Source: Mycobacterium phage GardenSalsa. Taken from it: 32,000 nucleotides of DNA. Under the pieces are notes generated by a model. That model worked only from the letters and a program-made list of their open reading frames with translations, had not been told where the DNA came from and made no database searches. How positions within the stretch are numbered: the first letter of the stretch is position 1; each line of letters starts with the position of its first letter. Both the position numbers and the translations under genes were made by a program. Where the stretch lies: sequence record KY783914.1; one strand, written 5' to 3'. This document shows positions 18,700 to 25,504 of the stretch, piece after piece.

Positions 18700-18917
18700 C
18701 CGAGGGGCACCCCGAATCCGATGCCACCGGTCGTCGGGTCGATGGTCATCCCGCCGCCCAGATCGATGCCGATCCCACCCTTCGGGGTGAGCACCAGGCC
18801 GCTCCCACCCGTTGCGGGGGATGGGTCCATGCCTGCGCCGTCAGTCGACGGGTCACACGCTGTCGCGCCCAGGATTACACCCATGGCGGCGAGGCCGAGA
18901 AGAATCTTCTTGGTCAT
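18696..18917 (-). CDS. Second predicted small lipoprotein, Gly-rich
   Basis: Start at 18917: MTKKILLGLAAMGVILGATACDPS (lipobox); 73 aa. Confidence 0.7.
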   Translation of the reverse strand: MTKKILLGLAAMGVILGATACDPSTDGAGMDPSPATGGSGLVLTPKGGIGIDLGGGMTIDPTTGGIGFGVPLG

Positions 18918-19228
18918 TCCGGCACCTTCGTCAGTCGGATGAAGCTCTTGATGTTGGTGAATCGGTTGAGGCAGTGGGCGCAACCGATCTCGCCCGTCTC
19001 CTCAACCTTCTTGCGCCAGATGGGGTACAGCTTCATGCCGTGCTCCCAGTGGTTCTTGCAGAGCCAGCCCTGGACGCAGGTGTGGTACTCCTGGTATCCG
19101 GCGATAGGACCGCCACACGGAACCTTCTCCTTGTGCTGGCTGCAGCACTCCAGTTCCTCGAACGCCCCGTTGATCATCGACTCAACGTCGACATCGATCT
19201 CAACGTCAGGCAGTGTCGCTGTCGGCAT
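18914..19228 (-). CDS. Cys-rich hypothetical protein
   Basis: 104 aa, seven cysteines including CC, CAHC. Confidence 0.7.
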   Translation of the reverse strand: MPTATLPDVEIDVDVESMINGAFEELECCSQHKEKVPCGGPIAGYQEYHTCVQGWLCKNHWEHGMKLYPIWRKKVEETGEIGCAHCLNRFTNIKSFIRLTKVPE

Positions 19229-19505
19229 CGTCTTCCTTGATCAGCTGGGAGTAGTGAGTCGGGAACACCTCCGCTGACAGCACCTGTACCCAGCCGCTGG
19301 GCTGGATGATGATCCAGTCGTTCTCGTACGCCTTGAGGTCGTCCATGACGCCAGGCTTGGAGATGGCGATGTAGAGGAACTTCCGCGTGTGCGGGTGCTG
19401 GACCGACCGGGCATACGGGACCGCGTCGGCCACCCGCTTGAAGGGGCGGGCCACCTGAATGGCCCGCACCTCCGTTGGGTTGTGGACGAAGGTCTCGAGG
19501 CTCAC
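19206..19505 (-). CDS. Hypothetical protein
   Basis: 99 aa, overlapping neighbours in operon style. Confidence 0.65.
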   Translation of the reverse strand: MSLETFVHNPTEVRAIQVARPFKRVADAVPYARSVQHPHTRKFLYIAISKPGVMDDLKAYENDWIIIQPSGWVQVLSAEVFPTHYSQLIKEDDADSDTA

Positions 19506-19819
19506 GCTGCGACGAGACCCAGCTTGTCGAACTCCTCGCCGTCCACGGTGTAGATGCCGATGCTGCCCTTGACGACCCAGTCGCCGCGCTTCATCGGGAA
19601 CTTCTGCCCGCGCTGGAACACGGTCACCGCGCCCAGCTGGCCGTCGGCCTCGAAGCTGATCGCGACGGAGGTCTCCGACTCGATGTGCTCGGCGTCCAGG
19701 GAGATCAGGTGCAGGATCTTGCCCAGGTTCGCGCCGGTCACCTTGATGCCCTTGCCGATGGGGTTGATCTGCCCGATGGTCTTGAGTTCCGGCTCGTTCT
19801 TCTTGCTCTTGTTGCTCAT
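19502..19819 (-). CDS. Hypothetical protein
   Basis: 105 aa, ATGA junctions on both sides. Confidence 0.7.
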   Translation of the reverse strand: MSNKSKKNEPELKTIGQINPIGKGIKVTGANLGKILHLISLDAEHIESETSVAISFEADGQLGAVTVFQRGQKFPMKRGDWVVKGSIGIYTVDGEEFDKLGLVAA

Positions 19820-20616
19820 AGCAATCCCTTCGTTTTCCAGTGGTGGTACTGCATGCCGATCAACCAGTTGTCGATGGCGTCGTAGTCGGGGTGGTCGGGG
19901 AGGTGGCTGTGCTTCATGGCCGTCTCCAAGATCTGGGTGCGATACGCCAGATCTTCGAGCGCCATCTCCAGTGAGAACGCGCCGTTGCGCATAGCCAGCA
20001 GGTAGTCGCGATGCACCCCATCCATCGGGAGCGTGATGTCGCTGGTCAGCAACAGCTCAGTTCCCTGGATGGCCAGCCGGTGGGCGTGGTACATCATCTT
20101 GGTGTCGTAGCCGAACTTCTCCACCAGCTCGGGCCGGTTGGTGTGCTTCTTGCCGCGCAGTCCCTGTGCCCGTTCACGCTGGGCCACAAGGTAACCGAGG
20201 AACCGGTCACCAACCTGCTTGGACAGGAACAGATCTCGGTTTGCACGCAACTCCGCACCCGCATCAGTGCAGTCGTACACGTAGCGCTGGGGAGCGAACA
20301 GTGGCATCAGTACCGTCGGGTTGCCTTTCGCGGCCAACCGTGCGTACTTCTGCAAGCTGTAGATCGTCTGATCCGTGTCGCCGGGACCGGAACGCTGACC
20401 CTCAGGGATGCGGGTGCCGTCGGCGTGCCAACGATCCTGGTACTGCTCGAACGACTTCGTGCCGAGAACGCACTCAGGCGGGGCGATGCACACGCCCATC
20501 TCGTCGTTGTCGTCCTGGCCACCGAGGGTGACGCCGTGCAGGACAGAGCCGACCTCGGTCTTGTAGATGAGGTTGTCATGGGCGATCTGGGCGTGCCAGA
20601 TGCTGTTGTGGCTCAT
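19816..20616 (-). CDS. Nucleotidyltransferase (DNA-polymerase-beta superfamily, RNA-repair type)
   Basis: Start at 20616: MSHNSIWHAQ...VGSVLHGVTLGGQDDNDEMGVCIAPP (GS...D-x-D-type active site), TIYSLQKYARLAAKGNPTVLMPLF; 266 aa. Confidence 0.75.
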   Translation of the reverse strand: MSHNSIWHAQIAHDNLIYKTEVGSVLHGVTLGGQDDNDEMGVCIAPPECVLGTKSFEQYQDRWHADGTRIPEGQRSGPGDTDQTIYSLQKYARLAAKGNPTVLMPLFAPQRYVYDCTDAGAELRANRDLFLSKQVGDRFLGYLVAQRERAQGLRGKKHTNRPELVEKFGYDTKMMYHAHRLAIQGTELLLTSDITLPMDGVHRDYLLAMRNGAFSLEMALEDLAYRTQILETAMKHSHLPDHPDYDAIDNWLIGMQYHHWKTKGLL

Positions 20617-21395
20617 ACGATCTCCATCAGGAGTCCGATGCCCTCCAGCTGCGGACCATCTGCGCCGACCGAGGTGAACCGGTCGCCATTGAGGGAGCAG
20701 TGCCAGTCGTCGCCCGTCCAGCGGTAGACGAAGCGCTCGCCAGCGTTGTTGATGAACTCCCACTCGGCGTCACGCTCAGCTGCGGTGAGTACCTGGACAG
20801 CGCGGCGGGGGCGGACTACAGCCGTGTACGGGCCGTAGTCGGTGAGGAAGTCCTCGGAGCCGATGATGCTTACCCACGCCTCGAAGGGGTCATTCAGGTC
20901 GCCCGAGAACCGCCACTCGCCGTCGCGGAACTGGTAGAAGTCACCCTCGATGTCTTCCCAGATCTCGTCGGTCTCGTCGTAGCCGAGACGATCCACCTGG
21001 TACGGGCTGAGCAGCTTGTCGACGGTCGGGTTATCGCCGCCAACAACGACACTCACAGCGGAGTCGGGGCTCCAGAGGACGTAGTCCTGCTGATCATCGG
21101 TCGCAATCTGCGCGAGGTCCGCGTTGAAGTCATCCCAAGCCTGAGCCTTCTCGAACATCTCGGTGAGCACATTGACCCACCGCACGATCTGCTCGCGGTT
21201 CAGTCCGTCAGCCTCGGCTGCGGAGATGAACTCGTCGGGAAGAGTCGGCTGAAGGGTCGCCGCGAGGTACTTGTCACCTCCGAGATTCACGGAGATGCAG
21301 TACGGCTGATCCGGCTCGGCGAACGCCTTGTAGGCGAAGACGACTTCCGCACCATCCACCAGACCTTGGTAGGTCTCTTTGATGTCTGTGCTCAT
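20613..21395 (-). CDS. Hypothetical protein sharing a 23-aa segment with the Gp37-like tail protein
   Basis: Start preferred at 21395 (MSTDIKETYQGL...); 260 aa; ATGA junction with the downstream nucleotidyltransferase. Confidence 0.75.
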   Translation of the reverse strand: MSTDIKETYQGLVDGAEVVFAYKAFAEPDQPYCISVNLGGDKYLAATLQPTLPDEFISAAEADGLNREQIVRWVNVLTEMFEKAQAWDDFNADLAQIATDDQQDYVLWSPDSAVSVVVGGDNPTVDKLLSPYQVDRLGYDETDEIWEDIEGDFYQFRDGEWRFSGDLNDPFEAWVSIIGSEDFLTDYGPYTAVVRPRRAVQVLTAAERDAEWEFINNAGERFVYRWTGDDWHCSLNGDRFTSVGADGPQLEGIGLLMEIV

Positions 21396-21422
21396 GGCGT
21401 TCAGCTTGTCAGCCGCCGAAAG

Positions 21423-21434
21423 GTGATTACAGGA
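21423..21434 (+). promoter_or_regulatory. Operator-like site 1 (GTGATTACAGGA)
   Basis: Exact copy, 28 bp upstream of the - strand operon's first start codon. Confidence 0.55.
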
Positions 21435-21462
21435 AAGCGTTTTCGCGTGCGCAACCTCGTAA

Positions 21463-21472
21463 TTGGTACCAA
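21463..21472. promoter_or_regulatory. 10-bp perfect palindrome TTGGTACCAA in divergent region
   Basis: Read directly in aattggtaccaaat. Confidence 0.25.
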
Positions 21473-21540
21473 ATGTCTTAGGTGATACCGCAATACAAGT
21501 TGGGAAGCTCTTATGAGAAGGAGTATCAAATAAAAACAAC

Positions 21541-21557
21541 GTCCCCCTGTGGGGGAC
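21541..21557 (-). terminator. Intrinsic-terminator-like hairpin on the - strand, upstream of the - strand operon
   Basis: GTCCCCC-tgt-GGGGGAC; minus-strand reading is followed by GTTGTTTTTATTT. Confidence 0.55.
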
Positions 21558-21663
21558 GCTGCTCTCGTACCGTAGGTGGAACATCGCGCCACATCCGTGA
21601 CGCTCCGTGGGCGCTCACTGGCGTTCGCACTGTCCTTTTAGGGACTCTAGGAAGAGGCGAGGA

Positions 21664-21675
21664 GTGATTACAGGA
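21664..21675 (+). promoter_or_regulatory. Operator-like site 2 (GGAGTGATTACAGGA context)
   Basis: Exact 12-mer; shares 15 bp with site 3 in inverted orientation. Confidence 0.55.
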
Positions 21676-21771
21676 GGATCGCTCTGACCTGCGGTTTTAG
21701 GCGTCAACCTGAGGCCCGGCCTGAGAAGAGTCTTACCAAACTCTCAGTCTCCCAACATTCAGATGCAATGA

Positions 21772-21788
21772 GTACAGGAACCTGTTAC
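21772..21788. promoter_or_regulatory. Palindromic site GTACAGGAACCTGTTAC
   Basis: ACAGG-aa-CCTGT perfect core, related to the TTACAGGA half-site. Confidence 0.4.
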
Positions 21789-21878
21789 TGTTCCGTCGGG
21801 CTCGCACCGAGGTTGGTATTTCCCTTCCCCCTCAACAGTGAGCGCGGCACCGGAAGCTCACGACTGGTGAAGGTGCCC

Positions 21879-21906
21879 CTCCCCTGGGGGTCGTGTCCCA
21901 GGGGAG
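21879..21906. other. Strong hairpin without T-tract
   Basis: CTCCCCTGGG-ggtcgtgt-CCCAGGGGAG, 10-bp perfect arms. Confidence 0.5.
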
Positions 21907-21920
21907 CCCCACAGTCGAAT

Positions 21921-21932
21921 TCCTGTAATCAC
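21921..21932 (-). promoter_or_regulatory. Operator-like site 3 (TCCTGTAATCAC, inverted)
   Basis: Exact reverse complement of GTGATTACAGGA, 26 bp before the first + strand gene. Confidence 0.55.
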
Positions 21933-21958
21933 TCCAGACCGGCTGAGAGTCTGGATGT

Positions 21959-22336
21959 GTGAAAAACCTGTTCGGTCAAGAGATCACCATCGGATCCGTC
22001 GTTGGAGTCGGCTTCCGACGCTCGAATTCGTCGTGCCATGCGCTCGGCGTCGTGCTGGACATGGTCCCCATTCCCTACATCCACTACAGCTGGGTGCCAT
22101 CCGTCGATGGTCCGCGACCATGGGATCGCGTCAGCGAGCAGCGCGAGTGGATGAAGACGAAGGTTCGTTGGGTGCCTACGACCAGCGAATACAATTTCAT
22201 TACACACTGGAACGTCGAAGATCTGATTCTGGTTGATGACGCCGCGCTGGGTACCGAGTACCGAGGTCGCCTGGACGCCGCGTACGCGGAATACATGCTC
22301 GATGAGAAGAAGCCCAGTGACTTCGTCGCGAGCTGA
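21959..22336 (+). CDS. Hypothetical protein, first gene of rightward early/middle block
   Basis: 125 aa, GTG start; MKNLFGQEITIGSVVGVGF. Confidence 0.65.
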   Translation: MKNLFGQEITIGSVVGVGFRRSNSSCHALGVVLDMVPIPYIHYSWVPSVDGPRPWDRVSEQREWMKTKVRWVPTTSEYNFITHWNVEDLILVDDAALGTEYRGRLDAAYAEYMLDEKKPSDFVAS

Positions 22337-22580
22337 GTTCCTGGCCGACCGTAACCGGATGCTCGAGCTGCTCTGGGAACTAGACCAGGAGCTACGAGAG
22401 TGGCATTCGAGTGGTGCATGGCGATTCGATGACGCCCAGGAGGCCATCGTCGCCCACCAGAAGAAGATGACTGAGCGTCATGTTCTCCATGACCAGCTGC
22501 TCGGCATGAACTGCCGACCTTGGCATTTTGATCCCAAGCGGGACAACTGCTGGCTTCCTCGACCGCAAAAAGCGGCCTGA
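22317..22580 (+). CDS. Hypothetical protein
   Basis: GTG start proposed at 22317 (MTSSRAEFLADRNRMLELLWELDQELREWH), 87 aa. Confidence 0.5.
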   Translation: MTSSRAEFLADRNRMLELLWELDQELREWHSSGAWRFDDAQEAIVAHQKKMTERHVLHDQLLGMNCRPWHFDPKRDNCWLPRPQKAA

Positions 22581-22616
22581 CCTGCAATTACAGGATCGTT
22601 GCACAATGGTACAACG

Positions 22617-22943
22617 ATGGGTACAAACAAGCTCAAGCGTTACGCACGCAAGCAGAACGGCGTCCTAACCGACGATCCAGATGCACTGCTATCTGCACTG
22701 CAGATCACGAAGCGCCTTGTCTCCGAGTCGAATGCGAAGGATGCGCCGCTGTCTGTCGCGGCTGCCCTCGACACTGCTCTGGGTATGGCTGCCCCGAAGG
22801 ATCCTGCACGGACCTGGTGGTCCGCGATCCGACTCATCGTGCGGCACAACGAAACTGGCAAGTCCAACCTCGCTGTGCTCGCAGACGCCATTCAGGCGCA
22901 GGGCAAGGTCAACCACAAGATCAAGCAGAGGATCGCATCGTGA
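22617..22943 (+). CDS. Hypothetical protein
   Basis: MGTNKLKRYARKQNGVLTDD...; a TTG at 22599 is an alternative start; overlaps next GTG. Confidence 0.65.
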   Translation: MGTNKLKRYARKQNGVLTDDPDALLSALQITKRLVSESNAKDAPLSVAAALDTALGMAAPKDPARTWWSAIRLIVRHNETGKSNLAVLADAIQAQGKVNHKIKQRIAS

Positions 22944-23212
22944 GCGACGAGATCTCCACTCCCGGCCTCATTGCCACTGGCGGTGCGGTAGTCACCGCAG
23001 GCGTGGTCGGGGGAGTCACCGAGGCCATCGGAGTCCCGGCATCCCTCATCCTCCTGGCGATGAAGCTGGGAGCTGGCAACACTGCCGTTGAGCAGTGGTC
23101 CTGGTGGTCGGTGTTCGCGCCAGTCTGGGGTGGCGCAGTGGCGACCATCTTCTTCCTGTTCCTGGCGTTCGTGATCGGACTCTGGAACCTCATTCGTACA
23201 GCGTCACGCTGA
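22940..23212 (+). CDS. Membrane protein (about two TM segments)
   Basis: GTGA overlap; hydrophobic stretches GLIATGGAVVTAGVVGGVTEAIGVPASLILLAM and VWGGAVATIFFLFLAFVIGLWNLI; 90 aa. Confidence 0.65.
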   Translation: MSDEISTPGLIATGGAVVTAGVVGGVTEAIGVPASLILLAMKLGAGNTAVEQWSWWSVFAPVWGGAVATIFFLFLAFVIGLWNLIRTASR

Positions 23213-23286
23213 CGTACCCCATTTCCCTCAGCTGGACGGTCGTGTTGATCGTCGCGGCTTACTTCTACATGCGATTGGTTGATTAG

Positions 23287-24027
23287 TTGAGCAACACCAT
23301 CAGCAGTGACGACACGCTGGTTGCCTCGAACCCGTGGGTCTTCGCGACCGAACGTGTCGGGGGTATCGGTCCCGAGCTGGCAGCTGCTCTCGTCGCAGCG
23401 CAGGCCGAGTTCGGTGCCGTCGCCAAGGACACGGCGAACCCGTTCTTCAAGTCGAAGTACGCCGACCTCCCCGCCGTCAAGGCTGAGGCTCAGCCGGTGC
23501 TGGCGAAGCATGGCCTCGCGGTCATCCAGGAGCCTGGCTTCCTGGTGCTTGACGGCAAGATCCACGACACCCTGACCACCACAGTGGTTCACTCGTCGGG
23601 GCAGGCTCGAACGTCCACGATGATCCTGCGCCCCGTCAAGGCGGATCCGCAGGCACAGGGTTCGGCGATCACCTACGCCAAGCGCTACGCGTTCATGGCG
23701 GTGCTGGGTCTGGTGGCCGACGAGGATGATGACGGCAACGCCGCGTCCGGTCGCGGCAAGGCTGCTGCATCACGTCCCGCACGTGCCAAGCAGAACGCGT
23801 CGACCGAGGGCCTGACTGATCCGGCTGTCGCAGCTGCTGTCGCCCGCGTCAAGGCTGCCGTGAAGGCTTCGGGCAAGTCCCCGAAGGATGCTCAGGCGTT
23901 CTTCGCTGAGGACAACCCCGACGGTGGATCGATGATCGCCTCCACTGATGTCGCGGCGCTGACCAAGGTGGCTGAGCACTTCGAGGCTCTGGCCGCTGCC
24001 GGTGAGCTGGGAGCGACTGAGCAGTGA
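23287..24027 (+). CDS. erf: ERF-family single-strand annealing recombinase
   Basis: AAQAEFGAVAKDTANPFFKSKYADLPAVKAEAQPVLAKHGLAV... and GSAITYAKRYAFMAVLGLVADEDDDG, characteristic ERF signatures. Confidence 0.85.
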   Translation: MSNTISSDDTLVASNPWVFATERVGGIGPELAAALVAAQAEFGAVAKDTANPFFKSKYADLPAVKAEAQPVLAKHGLAVIQEPGFLVLDGKIHDTLTTTVVHSSGQARTSTMILRPVKADPQAQGSAITYAKRYAFMAVLGLVADEDDDGNAASGRGKAAASRPARAKQNASTEGLTDPAVAAAVARVKAAVKASGKSPKDAQAFFAEDNPDGGSMIASTDVAALTKVAEHFEALAAAGELGATEQ

Positions 24028-24218
24028 CCGTCGCCAACGACGAGATCAAGTCGGCACGGTGCTCCATGGGCCGCGCAATCGACCAGCGTGACGAGGGCCT
24101 CCGCATGGAGGTGCTGCGCCAGTCCGTGCGAGCCCTGGACCCGACCGTCGAGCCCGAGGACTTCATCGAGTTCATGGATGACATCGCGACCTGGGTGAAG
24201 ACAGGGGAGGTGTCGTAG
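24024..24218 (+). CDS. Small hypothetical protein
   Basis: 64 aa, overlaps erf stop; acidic helical. Confidence 0.65.
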   Translation: MTVANDEIKSARCSMGRAIDQRDEGLRMEVLRQSVRALDPTVEPEDFIEFMDDIATWVKTGEVS

Positions 24219-24274
24219 TGGACCTGCTCATCATCATCCTCCTGATCGTTGTCATCATCGCCATCTTCTCCTGA
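24218..24274 (+). CDS. 18-aa transmembrane micropeptide candidate (MDLLIIILLIVVIIAIFS)
   Basis: TAGTG coupling to the upstream gene; GGGGAGG Shine-Dalgarno 7 nt upstream of GTG; entirely hydrophobic after residue 2. Confidence 0.45.
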   Translation: MDLLIIILLIVVIIAIFS

Positions 24275-24287
24275 CTAGAGGTGCATC

Positions 24288-25187
24288 ATTACCGACCACA
24301 CCATCCCGCGAGACAGCTACGGGCGTCCGCTGCTGTACCCGCCCGAGGGTGGTAAGCGTGTCGGCTACTCCCGATGCTCCACTCTCGCAAAGGATCTGGA
24401 CGACGCCAAGAACCTGATCCCGTACGCCCAGTCGCAGGCATTGATCGGCGCAGCGGTATCGCCGCCAATCATCAACCGCGTCAAGGCCATCGTCGCCAAG
24501 GGTGGCAACTGGGATTCGGCGAAGGGTGATCTCAAGGAGATCGTCAAGAACGCGGAGATCGTCGGCGGATCACAGAACAAGGCCGACCGTGGTACATCGA
24601 TCCACGACTTCTGTGAGGCCATCGAGACCGACACCCTCGACTGGAACCTGGTTCCCGAGGAGCTGAAGGGTCCGCTCGACGGCTACTACGAGGACATCGC
24701 GTCTTCGCCTCACCTGAAGATCCTTGCCCGCGAAATCTTCCTGTCGGTGAACGTGCCGATGAAGACGCCGACCGGCAATGCGTACGTGCTGCGTGCAGCT
24801 GGCTCCGCTGACCGTATCGGTGAGATCGACGGCAAGCGGTTCATGATCGACATCAAGACCGGCAAGGACGACCAGTTCCGCATGGGCGTGTCTGGTCAGC
24901 TGGCCCTCTACACCGAGGGTGAGATCTACCGCGATCCCGGTGTGGTGCAGGACGTTCCGTGGGCCGAGTTCTACCCGAACGCCGACGGCACCGCCGAGTA
25001 CGCCTCGCATGACTGCGACTACGACGAGGCTCTGATGTTCCACTGCCCTCAGCAGCCGACCATGAATGGTCGCTGGCATTGGCGCATCCTCCGCGTCCCG
25101 CTTGAGCGTGGTCGTCAGATCATCCGCTGTGGCCAGTGGAAGCGGAAGTTGAAGTACATCCCCGAGTTTCGACAGGTGGACCTATGA
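24288..25187 (+). CDS. RecB/Cas4-like exonuclease; listed 24441 start appears truncated, ATT at 24288 proposed
   Basis: GTSIHDFCE, GSADRIGEIDGKRFMIDIKTGK (PD-(D/E)XK motifs). Open frame back to 24279 encodes (I/M)TDHTIPRDSYGRPLLYPPEGGKRVGYSRCSTLAKDLDDAKNL. Confidence 0.7.
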   Translation: MTDHTIPRDSYGRPLLYPPEGGKRVGYSRCSTLAKDLDDAKNLIPYAQSQALIGAAVSPPIINRVKAIVAKGGNWDSAKGDLKEIVKNAEIVGGSQNKADRGTSIHDFCEAIETDTLDWNLVPEELKGPLDGYYEDIASSPHLKILAREIFLSVNVPMKTPTGNAYVLRAAGSADRIGEIDGKRFMIDIKTGKDDQFRMGVSGQLALYTEGEIYRDPGVVQDVPWAEFYPNADGTAEYASHDCDYDEALMFHCPQQPTMNGRWHWRILRVPLERGRQIIRCGQWKRKLKYIPEFRQVDL

Positions 25188-25504
25188 GCGACAAGACGAT
25201 TGAGCAGCAGCTCACCGACATCTTGGAGGCCGACGAGGCCGATGATGTGTACTGCCTCCGTCGCGAGTCTGACATTGAGGTCGGCGGCTTCAAGCACGCC
25301 GACTACGAGGTTGGCGAAAACCGTCGCTGGGCGCGTGGTGACACGATCATCGTGCAGCACACCGCGTCGGGTCGATACTTCGCGTTCGACTTCGATGAGG
25401 GCCTCACTGAGTACCAGGAGGACGAGGTCTACGCGGACTCCGTCCGTGAGGTCAAGCGCGTGGTCAAGACCGTCGAGATCGTCACCTGGCCGAAGGTCAA
25501 GTGA
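25184..25504 (+). CDS. Hypothetical protein
   Basis: ATGA overlap start at 25184; 106 aa acidic. Confidence 0.7.
   Translation: MSDKTIEQQLTDILEADEADDVYCLRRESDIEVGGFKHADYEVGENRRWARGDTIIVQHTASGRYFAFDFDEGLTEYQEDEVYADSVREVKRVVKTVEIVTWPKVK

Noticed and set aside
21676-21692. Minus-strand TTGACG near operator-like site 2 considered as a -35 box
   Set aside because: No TANNNT-like -10 at 16-18 nt spacing, so no promoter call was made.
21768-21962. 64-aa ORF MSTGTCYCSVGLAPRLVF... in the divergent region
   Set aside because: No convincing Shine-Dalgarno, overlaps the palindrome, hairpin and operator-like sites; codon use not convincing. Kept as probably non-coding.
23242-23286. Possible 14-aa peptide MLIVAAYFYMRLVD ending adjacent to the erf TTG start
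   Set aside because: No Shine-Dalgarno seen and too short to support; only mild interest as coupling leader.
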